A stretch of DNA of 64,000 nucleotides. Source: Lama glama (lineage: Eukaryota). The stretch spans positions 22,508,001 through 22,572,000 of the forward strand of contig CM052816.1 of NCBI GenBank assembly GCA_028534125.1, in the 5' to 3' direction. The position numbers and the translations under genes were made by a program. Shown piece by piece: positions 14,200-26,617 of the stretch. Position 1 is the stretch's first letter. Every line of letters starts with the position of its first letter. The notes below the pieces were generated by a model. The model worked only from the letters and a program-made list of their open reading frames with translations. It did no database searches and had not been told where the DNA came from.

Positions 14200-14400
14200 G
14201 CAGAGAGCTGCAAATTTGGATTTTGGATTTGCCACCTAAAGGCAACATGACTTAAGTAAGTAATTTAATCTTTTAGGTCTCAATTTCCTCAGCAGTATGC
14301 GACATTTATTAATTCTCCTCAGAGAACTGTTATGAGAGGAAAAGACAAGATTTTTTAAAATATACTTTCCTGACAAATAGAAAATATTCAATGTTAATTT
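14200..14400 (+). mobile_element. MIR SINE (degenerate)
   Basis: Core-like aagtaatttaatc...tctcaatttcctca...ctgttatgagagg. Confidence 0.5.
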
Positions 14401-16389
14401 CCTGTCTCCCACTGGAGATCAACATGCTGACCTTGCTGTAGTTGCTGAAAATTATCAGTTAAGTATCAATTCATTATCCATGTTGGGTAGCAGTTAAACT
14501 CACAGTTCCAAGTTGGATGGAAAAAGCAAAAATATCCCAAATTTGCTTCCCTTTATTGCAAATTCTGCCAAGTATTTTTGAATTTTTAGGGAAAGGGAAG
14601 TCGGTGGGCTTTAAAGTTTTATCAATTTTTTTTCTTGGGGTCTGAGTTTGTAGGTATATCTTGGATAGCAGATGCCGAGTCTGATCCCTGAGAGATAATG
14701 AAACCTTGAACCAACGGGAAAAAAGTTTTGATTTTAATTCCACCACCAATCAACTGATGGTGGCTGCCTGGAATATGTATTCTGAGACTGACTTTGAACC
14801 TACCAGAAAAAGAAACAGCATCTGGTATGGGTGTGGGAGGTGGAATTGCAGCAAGCGTGCCATGCTTCTGACAACCTACCCTACCTCCACGGTACCCTGA
14901 GTTTGTATGTATGAGAAAATCTTCTTAATGTAAAGAATGTTTTCAAGCTTCCACAGGATATAAAAGTTGCACTCTGAATGTTCATTAAGCAGCAAAACAT
15001 AGCAAGTTCATTAAATAGCAAGAATGATAAGTTTGGGTTTCTATAAGTTATATGTCACAAAAGGTCTTGGCAATATTTTTCAAAATTAAAAAAAACCCTG
15101 CAGATGTTTAATGGCTAAAAAATAAAATGAGGTGGTTATAAAGAGTCTACAGAAATATTATGTATAATGGTTATTATACAGGATTATATGCATGCAAGTT
15201 TTTTCACTATACAATACTATGATGCAGGTTTGTTTCACAATGGAGTTGGTCTCATGTGACAGAAAATGGACAGAATGGATATCACTAGAGGTGTGTAACT
15301 GACTGCAGAGTCTAAATATCTTAAGTTCCCACTTTCCTTCTTTTTACTAAAGAGATAAAAGCTCATTCCCATTTAGTCCTGGGTATTCATACCCTGAAAG
15401 TACTGGTACTTCAAGACCAGACTTGCAGGACGCTGACGGTGCACACCGTATACAATCACACAGAATCAGTGGCACAGATCAAAAGAGGTCCCAAATGCCA
15501 ACCTATAGAATCAGGCTGTGTTACCAAGCTCATCTGCATTTCCACTAGCAAGCTCCAGAAAATAAAACAAATTAAGTCAATATGCATAATTGATCCTTCT
15601 TTCAGTGCTATGATTGATAAAAATCAAAACTTACATGATCTTGGCTCCATGGTAAGAATACATTTCTTCATACAGTTTAGGAGTTTTTACTTTAACACAT
15701 CAGCATATTTTTGGTTACTTAGATGTATCTATGAAATGTCTTTCTTCTCTGTTAGTTGGCAATGTGAGTAGAATTTTCTTAAAACATTCTTCAATATCAA
15801 TGGTCCTTGCACACCAGCCTGTCCTGAACTTAAACAGAAAAGAGAAGGCTGCCAAAGCTAATGAACCATGAATACAGAGAATAATTCTGCCACAGACATA
15901 GTCAATGAACATTTCAGCAGTTTATGTTAAGCATCCACAAATCCTCTGGTTTTCCAGGGAGGGCAGAAATAAGTCTTTGCCTTTACTTCCCTTTAATCAT
16001 TCTATTCCTTGCTTACACAATGAGATCCAGTTTTCAAGTGCAGGACCAGATTTATCACAGTGGCTCAGCAGACTTATGGGATAATTTTACCCAGCAAAAC
16101 ATCTATAATTCATGGGAACAATTTGACCTGATAAAATTCCTGGTACCCTTACCCAGCTATAATTTCATCTTAACACACTCTATTTTAATAACAGCTTAGA
16201 CTGTAACCACCCTGTTTCATTTATTTGTTGCTGTTTTAAATGCAGCACCGCTTAGTTTCTGGGCTTCAGTGCAAGATTTCCGATTTAAAGATTATTAGCT
16301 GGGATTTTATTTTTCTTAGAGTAATAAATTATTTATAGAGCTAAAACACTGTGGAGCTGAATAAGTTAACGCTCCTGAGAACTTCCAGG

Positions 16390-16600
16390 TATAACAAATG
16401 CCTGACTATATGCAAGATGCTGTGTGAGATGCAAAAGATACATGTATGTATGATACAGTCCTTCCCCTTGGAAGCCTTCTGTATGCCAGTCAACTTACAT
16501 CATTAAATCCAACAATGACTTAATGAGCATTTACTATGAATAGGACATTTTATAAGATTACATGAGATGATCTGCCTTTGCTCTCAAGATAATTATGATC
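16390..16600 (-). mobile_element. L2 3'-end fragments
   Basis: ccaacaatgacttaatgagcatttactatg and aaatgcctgactatatgcaagatgctgtg resemble the reverse complement of the L2 tail. Confidence 0.45.
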
Positions 16601-17538
16601 TTTTCCCCAAATAGTTGGAGATTTCTAGTGAAGTAAAAATACTCATAGAATATTACGAGTGTTTGTAGTTCTAAATGAGTACATTAATGTACATTCCTGT
16701 CTCATCTTCTAAATGGGAAACTCTTTTAAGGTAATGACTCTGTGATGCTCTTTTTTTATATTTCCCCTGCAAGCCTCGTCCAGACAGGTATTCCTTGGGG
16801 ATATAAGCAGCCTACATGACTGTATGATTTCTGTAGAAAATAGACATGGAAAAGTGTTACCCCCACCAATTAAGTGTGGTAAGTGCTATAACAGAGATGC
16901 TATCAGGTACCAAAGGAGGATAAGGAAGGAATAACTCATTTAGAAAGAGTCTGAGAAATGCCAGTTGAATAAAAGAATAAGAATGTTAATAAAGTTGCTT
17001 GAAATTTAGGAACTTAAACGATCACTTTTCATTATACCTTATGAAACAGTCTAGATAGTCAAGTGCCACTGCTTTTTGGAGCTAAGATTATTATTTTTAA
17101 TTTACACTCAAACAATTTCTTAATAGTTGTATTTTGTTTTCCTTCAACCATAACAATGATCATTTGTCCCAAAACTGGAGAAAGCATAACGTGATCCATG
17201 GAAGCGAAGACAAGGTCTATGGGACATTCTTTTGAATTGGAACTTGAAGAATTTTATGTTGGAGGAATTGCTTTAAGTAGAAACGTTTAAAGAATTCTAA
17301 ACAGGCACTGATGGAGCCAAAAGAGGGTGCCAACGGAGGGCAGTTATCCAGTAAATATGTACTATATATTATGTATCAGACATGTTAGTAGATATTGGTG
17401 AAGGACAGGGAGTAATACAGTGGTTCTGGTCTCACAAAGCTCAGAATAAACTAACGTGTGAATAAGCAGGGAAAGAACAAACTTAAAATCTGTGTGGTAT
17501 TTTGCTTTGTTGTCATGCAATCATGCCACTCTTGAAGC

Positions 17539-17727
17539 TGGTGGTTCCCAAACTATGGTCCCTGGCCCAGAAATACAGCATCATCTGGAAACTTGTCAAA
17601 ATGCAAATTCTCAGGTCCCAGACTAGACTTACTGGATCATAAATCTGGGGGTAGAGCCCAGCACTTTGTGTTTTAACAAGTCCTCCTAATGAGACTAATA
17701 ACACACACTGAAGTTTGAGAACGCCCT
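17539..17727 (+). mobile_element. MER5A (hAT-Charlie non-autonomous DNA transposon)
   Basis: gtggttcccaaa...cagcatcatctggaaacttgtcaaaatgcaaattctcagg...tgtgttttaacaag...aagtttgagaac follows the MER5A consensus as I recall it, at about the expected length. Confidence 0.88.
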
Positions 17728-18954
17728 ATCCAGGCCAACTCCTTGTCTTCTCACTACAGACACCAATATTGCAACCATAACGAAAATCATGTTTTCTACT
17801 CATTACTTCATGTAAATAAGAGAATGGTGAAATGTTTATATACATTAGACAGGAGCCCCTACATCTAACATTTATTATTCAGTTAAATGCTGATATTTAC
17901 TCCCATCAATTTATGGTCCTGGTATAGCTTCTGTGGCAGGCTTTGTTTTCTTTCCTCACCTTCTGTAATACCAGTCAAGTGCAGAAACTGGGTTAAAATA
18001 TAACATTTCTAATATGAACATATATAAATATAAAACCATTTAAAATAGTTTTTAAAACCTCAGAGATCTCTCGCTTATTGTTTGCTAATAAAATTAGTCT
18101 AAAAGAATTAGGACCATAGATAAAACTCTGGTTTCCTATAGGTTGACAAATGTCAATATGGAGAGGAGGTAGAAATAAAAGTACAGAGTCAACTAAATCT
18201 AAGACAATTTTCTCCCTAAAGTAAGGAATACATGGTTTTGTCATTCTATTTCATAATCAGTAGTGGCTGAAGCATCTCCGATTACTCAGACCACTTTAAA
18301 GAAGAAAAGTGGCCCTCCGTTAAAACTAATGAGATTTCACTTTATTTTTTGAAGTCTTTTAGGATGTTTCATGAAACGGGTGTGCCTTCTGTCATTAGAT
18401 GTCAACCCCACATGCTTCTTTGAGGAGAGAGGCAAAAGGCCAGATGGTGCCTTTGTGCATTTGATGATTTCTCAGTCACATTCATGTTGGTGAAACTAAC
18501 AAAATAACTCCCTCTCTGATTTCCTTTGAGGAAGAAGTTATTTAAAAAAAAAAGAAAGCTAGAGATACTCTGAATAGGAGATACTCCTGAGATATCATTC
18601 CACTCAGGAGTTCAGAAGTGAGTACAGAGGTGAAGAATTTGAGATTGGAGATTTCTCCTTTTCTTTCTGGTCTTCTTCCCTGACATCAGTTCATTGACCA
18701 TAGAGAATTCTTGGCCAGGAAAGTATGAGCACAATGAAGTCTATATAGGAATTTCACTGTATAAATATGTAAGATATATATATAACATGAGCAAAATTTA
18801 AACATATAGTTTATTACAGTATCTTCTACTTGGGAATTCTTTATGTTCTGGGTTATTTTGCTGCCTTTTTTTGGCTTCCTATTTTGTGTCGTTTATCTTT
18901 TTATTAAATCTCTGCACATTCAGTTCAAGAAATAAACATTTTGTAGGATATACC

Positions 18955-19170
18955 TGTGGCAGAATGAATTTGTTGCCTGCTCAGTTGGCCACCCTTTTTT
19001 CCTATAAACAGACTCCTGATTAACCAATGGTCCCTGGGAAGGGAGTCCCCACCCACAGTTCATGAGGATGAACCATAATCAGTCTCTGTTAGCCATGGAA
19101 ATTTTATCTGATTTGCCAGTAATTGATCTAGAGTCAGGACAAGACCCAGTTCTGACTAATGAGAAATAAG
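18955..19170 (+). mobile_element. Old MaLR LTR fragment (MLT1J/K-like)
   Basis: Starts tgtggcaga; contains gacccagttctgactaatgaga. Confidence 0.5.
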
Positions 19171-20649
19171 ACAGTTTGAACAATGAAGATACTCAGTACA
19201 CATAGAAAGAAATAATGAAGCATAATATCTACTTGTTATAATTATAAAATTAAATCTGAGAGGTAAAGCAATTGGCACAAAGGAACTACATTACCTATGG
19301 CAGATCCAGGGCGCTGATTAGCCGAGAGGATCACAGAAAGCTCTCAAGAAACATAACTCTCTATAGCTTTTTAGTTCATAGATTAAATGACCACTGGCTT
19401 GAAGTCTGGAATTAGGTTGAAGATTTCAAAACATGAAGATGTCCCCTCTGCCTCCAACAGTATTAAGCTTTTTGGGCAAAAGAATAAAAGGATTGAGCAT
19501 ACTATGTACAGGACTAGAAAGCTGAGTGGTCGGGTGACTGAGGAGATCTGCAGCCTTTATCCTTTGTTCTGAAGGCCTAAAACATTACCCAGCAAACTCA
19601 CAGTACATCCAGTCAGGCTGAGGCTGGACAGTTAACATGGAGGGACTCTGGAGCCTTCAGTCTATACTCAAAGAGAAGCAATAATTTTCCTATTACATAT
19701 TAGATAATTCTTTTGTTTCGACCTCCCCTGAACACTCAAGAAGTTGCATGTTGGAAGAGAATGAGTGAGACTTTCTGGACTGAACCTTCCTGTTCAGCGT
19801 CCCAGAGGTAATCACTGCGTCATGTTAGCTTACGGGAAGAGTGAAGAGATAGGGAATGAAATCATAACCTCAAACCTCACAGTAGCAGGCACTTCAGCAG
19901 CAGCTGCAGTCATCCCCCTCCTTAAATTTCATGAAGCAACATACTCTCTCAGACACTGCAAAAACATGGTTTCCTTGGTTTACAGAAAAATCACAAATCT
20001 GTTTAGGAAATTTAGCAAAGATCACATAAAGTCACTGAATTATGATTAGCAATACAGATAAGTAATGCCTATGAGACGTGTCTACTTTAGAAAACTTTGG
20101 CTTTTCCATTTAGAAGTAGTTTTAAAAAGTACGTTCACTTCTCTTTCAGTACGATCATTAGTTCACCAAAGTTAAATTTTGTTTTGGCTTTGATTTTGGC
20201 TATAATTAACTACAGCATAAGGCAAGACGCTTATTCAAATAACATTTACTGAATATCTAATTTATACCATTCATGGTAGATACAAATATGAATACAGAGG
20301 CTCAATGACTGAGGGGTACTGACTTTATCTTCTCTAGCCAAATGGATCTACACACAGAGTCTCCCTTAGAAAAATATCTAATCATTTAGGTTAAGTTGTC
20401 CTGGAGATTTAGATTTAAGAATGCTTAAAATTTGTCTTATGAACAAAATTTTGAGTACAGTCATGTCACCTTATAATATTTTCTACCTTTTACAAGTTCA
20501 CCAAAGTCCTTTAAGTCCATTAGAGAGAAAAATCTAATGATTTATTCCTAACTTATTTTTTTCACTGTATTACTTCTAACAATGCCACAAAGCAACAGTT
20601 AACATCAGAGAGACAAGTAAAGAAATGTACATGTTTAGATAATGACTTA

Positions 20650-21916
20650 AAATTTAGAAAGAAATATTAAAACTTAACAATAAGAAAACAAACAACATGA
20701 TTAAAAAATAGATCAAAGACCCTAACAGAAACCTCACCAAAGATGACATACAGAGGGCAAATAAACGATGAAAAGATGCTCAACATCATATGCTGTCAGA
20801 GAAATACAAATTAAAACAACAATGAAATACTACTACATATGTATTAGAATGGCTAAAATTCAGGACAGTGAAACACAAAATGCTGGCAAGGATGTAAAGC
20901 AATTGGAACCCTCATTCATTGCTGGTAAGAATGCAAAGTGGTACAGCCATTTTGGAAGACAGCTTGGCAGTTTCTCACAAATTTAAACGTACTCTTAGCA
21001 TACAATCCAGCAACTATGCTCCTTGGTATTTACCAGAGGAGCTGAAGACATATGTCTACACAAAAACCTGCACGTGGATTTACAGAAGCTTTACTCATAA
21101 CTGCTAAAACCTGGAAGGCAAGCCAGATGTCCTTCAGTATGTGAATGGATAAACTGTGGTACATCCATATAATAGAATATTACTCAGCACTAAAACGAAA
21201 TGAGCTTTGCCATGAAAAGATGTCGAAGAACCTCAAATGCATACTACTAAACAAAAGAAGCTAATCTGAAAAAGCTACATACTGTCTGATTCCAACTATA
21301 GTTGACCTCTGAACAATGCAGGGTTAGGCGTTATGACCCCCCAGCAGTCTGAAATCTGTGCATAACTTTACAGTTGACCCTCACTATCCACAGTTTTGCA
21401 ACCACAGATTCAACCAACCTTGGATTGTGTAGTATCACAGTACAAATTTATTGAAAAAAAATTCATGTGTAAGTGGACTTGTACAGTTCAAACCTATATT
21501 GTTCAAGGGTCAACTGTATATGACATTCTGGAAAAGGTAAAACTGTGGAGGCAGTAAAAAGAACAGTGTTTGCCAGGAGTTAATGGGGAGGGAAGGATGA
21601 ATAGATGGAGCACAGAGAACTTTGAGGGCAGTGAAAATACTTTGTATGATACTATTATGAAGGATATATATAACTGTAAGTTTGTGAAAATGCATAGAAG
21701 GTACAACATCAGCAGTGAACTCTAACATAAACAATTGACTCTGGGAGATAAGGCAGGTTCATCAGCTGTAACAAATGTACCACTCTGGTGGGGGATGGAG
21801 ACCATGGAGAAGGGTGTGCTTGTGTGGGGACGGCATACATCAGAAATCTCTGGACCTTCTGTTCAATTTTGCTGTGAACCTAAGACTGCTCTAAAAAATA
21901 AAATCTACTAAAAAAA
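20650..21916 (+). mobile_element. L1MC1-like ORF2 end and 3'UTR
   Basis: Peptide MKRCSTSYAVREIQIKTTMKYY. 3'UTR tgacattctggaaaagg...aaatgtaccactctggtggggg...ttttgctgtgaacctaagactgctctaaaaaataaa. Confidence 0.85.
21299..21516. mobile_element. MER8/Tigger2-type Tc1-mariner MITE inserted in the L1MC1-like element
   Basis: Terminal inverted repeats tagttgacctctgaacaa and ttgttcaagggtcaactg. TA duplication at 21297-21298 and 21517-21518. Host text rejoins as tccaac-ta-tatgacattctgg. Confidence 0.88.
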
Positions 21917-22524
21917 CCTAATAACTTACCATGGCAAGTGAGAAGCTTTCAAATGTAGGGGGAGAAAAGCTGTTCTTGAAACTAGGGTGGGTTGAAACAA
22001 ACTTTCCGACAAACACATCATTTGTTAATATTCTGAAGATTAGTGAATTAACCCACCAACCCTCTGGAAATAGAAAACTGCCCAAGGCCAAGGAAAAAGA
22101 CACCTTGTTCTGTTCTTGTTCTGGGCAACACTAGTCCTCTAGGGTAGTAAGGAAAGGACAGCAAACTAAACCGCAAACAGCAAGAGTTTTTCCAACTCTG
22201 GGCAGACTTACCTGGGGCTCCATGAAGCATGCTGAGCTTCAGCCATTCTCCCATTCAAGGCTCTTCCGTGAAGAATACTGAGTAGAACAGAGGAAACAAT
22301 GCAGAAAGGCACTTACATGATATATTACTTACACAGACTTCAGCCAAACCAAGTCAATGGGCCAAAACAACGTGAGAGCCCTCAAAAGTTTCTCTTGATT
22401 GGCTTTAGTGTCAAATCCACTCTTTTTAAATGAGATTCAAATTCTTTCCCTCATGGGCTCACCACTCTGTTTCTTACACAAAGGCCTCTCAAATTTCCCC
22501 ACTATATACTTAATTTTTTTCTAA

Positions 22525-22715
22525 GACGGTAGTTCTTATGTTAAGTGTTTTATCACAATTAAACACATACAAAAATAGGGTAGGAGGAAACTTGGAGGTG
22601 ATGGATATATTACGGCATTGATTGTGGACATAGTTTCACAGATGCACACTTATTTCCAAGCTCATCAAGTTGTATATATTCAATGGGTACAGCTTTTTGT
22701 AGTCAATCATAAAAT
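22525..22715 (+). mobile_element. L1MA/MB-like 3'UTR fragment
   Basis: ggaggaaacttggaggtgatggatat...attgtgg...tcatcaagttgtatatatt. Confidence 0.65.
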
Positions 22716-22851
22716 TTTATTAAAGTCTCAAAACAAAACAGAAACTCCTTCCCAAATCTTTTCAAAAGGAACTGATGGAAACATATTTAATTCTGCCTTT
22801 CATTACCATTTATATTGTTAGCAAATAGTTTCTCATTTTAATCTCATTGTC

Positions 22852-22853
<2 letters not shown>

Positions 22854-22898
<45 letters not shown>
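22854..22898. repeat. (TA)n microsatellite
   Basis: Perfect TA run. Confidence 0.98.
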
Positions 22899-22901
<3 letters not shown>

Positions 22902-23043
22902 ACTAGAGGGGTACATTCGAAGATTCAGGCTTTATTGAGAGGGCTGAATTCTACTTGCCTGAACTCCTACAGTGTTCTTATATGACCACAATGTCATGAT
23001 TGCAATAAAGCAAAGCATTCTGCTGTTTGGACTCTATTCATTC

Positions 23044-23107
23044 ATACCTTACTCTCTCTCACTTTCTCCCCTCCTATACCTTACTCTCTCTCACTTTCTC
23101 CCCTCCT
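23044..23107. repeat. Perfect 32-bp tandem duplication
   Basis: ataccttactctctctcactttctcccctcct occurs twice (23044-23075, 23076-23107). Confidence 0.95.
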
Positions 23108-23184
23108 TCCTTGCCCTCATTCTGTTTCATCCTTTGACTAACAGATTCTTTTGAATATCCTTTGCTAAGTACAGTTCACTCAAC

Positions 23185-23920
23185 TTTTTTGTGCCAGCTT
23201 TACTGAGGTGTAATTTACATACAACAGAATTCAACAATTTTAAGTGTACACCGCAGTGAGTTGTGACAAAAGTATACAGTGATAAACACCACTACAATCA
23301 AGATATGGAATATTTCCATCATCCCCAAAAGTTCCTTCATGGCCTTCTGTGGTCAATCTACTCCCTTCACTCAAACCAGTGACAAGCACTGATCTTTCCT
23401 TGCTGTGCTTTCATGATACTTTTGCCTTTTCTGAAAGTTCATACAAATGGAATCATACAGCGTGCAGTCTACACGTATGGTTTCCTTCACTCATCATAAT
23501 ACTTCCAAGATTCATCCATGTTGTACCCATCAGTCACTAGTTCCTTTTTGTTTCTGAGTAGTAACACGCTGTATGAAAATATCAAAATACATTTACCCAT
23601 TCACCAGTTGATGTCATTTGGATTATCATTGTTTGGGGCTGTTGTGAATAAAGCTGTTATCAACATTAGAGTACAAATCTTTGTGTAGAAATATTTTGAT
23701 TTTTCTTAGGTAAACAACTCGGGGTAGAACTGCTGGGTCACATGGTAAGTATATGTTTAACATTTTAATAACTGTCAAACTTCTCCAAGTGGCTGTATCA
23801 TCTTGCACTACTTCCACCAGCAACACCAGAGTTTCAGTCGTCCCCTATCCTTGTCGGCGCTTCGTATTGCTAGTCTTTTCAATGTTAACCATTCAAGGGG
23901 ACGTGCAGTGGCATCTCACT
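23185..23920 (-). mobile_element. Old L1 (L1MB/ME-like) 3' end
   Basis: agctttactgaggtgtaatttacatac...ttccatcatccccaaaagttcc...atggaatcatacag...gctgggtcacatggtaagtatatgtttaac. Confidence 0.85.
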
Positions 23921-24470
23921 ACGAATGTAAGTCTAACATCTTGCTATTTGCTTTTTATTTGCCCGTGTTTTGGTTCCCTTTCCCCTGTTTCTGCCTTCTT
24001 CTGAATTTATTGATATTACTATTTGTGGTATACCTCAATATACCTCAAATGCCTTTGACCAAGGCCAATGGTTCACGACTCCAGAGACTTTATTCAGTTA
24101 GGAGAAACTCAGTTCATTCTATGATTCACCATCTGAAAATGGATCTGAGATCCTGACTATACAGGATCAACTTAAAGAAGAGTGGCCAGAGTTTGCATGA
24201 AAGAAAGGGTAAGGATCAGTGGAGTGGAGGTGAAGAAAGCACGAATGTGAAAACAGAGCTCCTGGAAATGCAGCTGCTCGTTTTTAAAGCTATAACAGTC
24301 TTGAAGCTGTCTTCTTTTAAGAAAACCATATAGGCAGGGAAAGAAAAAACAATTTAATATTATTTTCAAGTATAATCTCTGTTGATGTGATAAATTTTAT
24401 TAAGGAAATAATCTTTACATAAAATAAAATAACTAGACACAAAGGGTAGTGTCCCAATTCTTGGTAAAAT

Positions 24471-24520
24471 AATAGTGTAAAATAGTGTAAAATAGTGTAA
24501 AATAGTGTAAAATAGTGTAA
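24471..24520. repeat. Minisatellite (AATAGTGTAA)x5
   Basis: Five perfect 10-bp units. Confidence 0.98.
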
Positions 24521-26404
24521 AACCAAGGGTTAAATTTATAGCATAACTGAACATGAAGAAATATTTCCTATGAGTTGTACATAGAGGCACAACAGCAGAA
24601 ACACACAATTTCCATATGAAACAGACAGTGGTAGTTGGAGATGGGGTCCCTCCTGCCAAGGAGGATCGATTTATGATCAGGGAAACATCAATTAAGGGTT
24701 TGAGAGTAAAACTGACGAAGCACAGAAATGAAAAAACATAAAAAAGGAAAGAGTGAGTCTGCAGAAGGGGAAGAGCAGGGGATCTGAAGTCCCCAGAAGG
24801 CAGGAGCTAGTTTTCCAGCACTGACCCTAACACATATACAGCTACCTGTCTCAACAGCTCAACTGTAGGCATGTTTATAAGTAAACCCCATTGGTTAGAA
24901 AACAACATGAATAAGTTTAATGGCCATATTTATATTCTTACAGGGTGGGAAATTGTGTTATTTTCTCTAGCTGTTACAGTGACTAGATCAAAGAAATTAG
25001 GTCAGAGGGACTAGAAAATTTCCTGGGAAGGAAAGGACTCATCAGAAGTGAGGAATTCACTCAATTACGTTTTTTCCCCTCCCCTCCTCTTCCTTTCTTT
25101 CTTTCTGACACATTGTACTGGTCCTCAGGAATATGCAACTGAGAGAAATACAAAATCAGTTACATTCAATCACAATATGGGCACCTGATGCACGTTAACA
25201 TCAGATAATCTCTGTAGAACAGCCAGGCATTTCTTCTGCTTTCGCTTCTTGTCAGGCTCCCCTGGAGATATGTCAGTTATTGATTCCATCTGGTTTATTG
25301 CTGCTTGAGCGTTTATTTTTTGAGGGCAGATGTAAATAAAGTTAAGTTACTTTCCAGAAAAGCTGCACAGTAAGGTTATAAACCTGAAGTGTAATTCTCT
25401 TCTTCCAGATGCCACCTCAGACACAGAAGTTGACAAAGGGAAACACACTATAGCACCTTTTAAAAATGATCAGCTGAGGGGAAAGTTACCAAGCTCCAGG
25501 GAGAATCAACTATTTTGAAATAGTCTTTCTGAATGGTCGAGTGAATGATTTTCTTCTGGACTTTTCTTTCTTTCTTTTCTGATGGTGCGACAACACTGCT
25601 TCCCTAAGAGTGTTCTTCCTTAGTCTGAGACAGGGCTGACGGGAGGAGTTTCTCATCTTCACTACTTTTCTCATTGTTTCCCTCTACCTCTTGTACCCGT
25701 CATCTTCTGACACCGAGACTTATCTGCCTAAATACACCACTGCCAAACTAACTGAAAAATGATGATGAGGGAAAATCCTTTTGAAACCTCTCTTAAGTTT
25801 ATGTCTTTAAATTTGCTCACAAAAGAGTTATGGGCAAAACTCAAATCCTAGGAACTTCCCAAGGCACATGGCATCTCTCTGCTCAAATTAGATTAGGTGC
25901 CATTTATGAATTAATGGCTTAATCATTGTTCATTAAATTAGGGGATTACAAATACAATTTATAACCTATTAGAAGTTGAAAACAATATTGAAATGTGGAA
26001 ATAATAATCTCTGTTAGTACATTTAAGGCAGAGCCAAGTTCCTGCATGGCCTACCCACACAAAAGACCAGGTTTGTGCTGGGTAATGGTCCAGGCATAAT
26101 AAGCTCTAAGTGTGACTATCAGTGAACACAAACTAGACACTTTACCCTGCAAAATACCAAAAATTATCAGACGTACCATGAAAATAAAGAGGGAAAAAAG
26201 TAAATCCTTGCACTTGTATTAAAGCCTTGAAGATTCCCCAGTTAGTTATTAGCAGTAATTTTCTAGGACTTTATCAAGGCATATCGAGTTCCTAGTCGCA
26301 GGTAGTCTCTACATGTTCTGTCAACAAACCATCCTGGTGTTTCCTTATCCCAACACAGCCAAGGTGAGAAACAGCAAATGCATATTTATACTCATTTTGG
26401 TGTA

Positions 26405-26617
26405 GTTAAAAGGCTTGAGATTTAGAACCAAATGGATATGAGTTCCACTCCCAGTCTCTGCCAGTTACCACCATCGTGGTCCTGGGAAAGCGTATTAACT
26501 CCTACAGGTCTCAGTTTTCTCATCTGGAAAATGAGACTGTTGCGTGGGACTGCTTTGAGGACTGTGTAATGTAATGGATGCACAGCACCAGCACAGTAGA
26601 CCCTCAAGTAACGATAG
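26405..26617 (+). mobile_element. MIR SINE
   Basis: Core ctcagttttctcatctggaaaatgag with flanking MIR-like sequence. Confidence 0.75.

Noticed and set aside
14654..14900. Possible + strand exon after tttgtag|
   Set aside because: All three frames stop soon after the acceptor and the downstream peptide is unrecognisable.
22899..22914. CTCF-like CCACTAGAGGGG beside the (TA)n repeat
   Set aside because: It lacks the conserved C of the core and has no other support.
24471..24520. Possible CRISPR or iteron-like array
   Set aside because: No spacers, no cas genes, and the context is mammalian. It is a simple tandem repeat.
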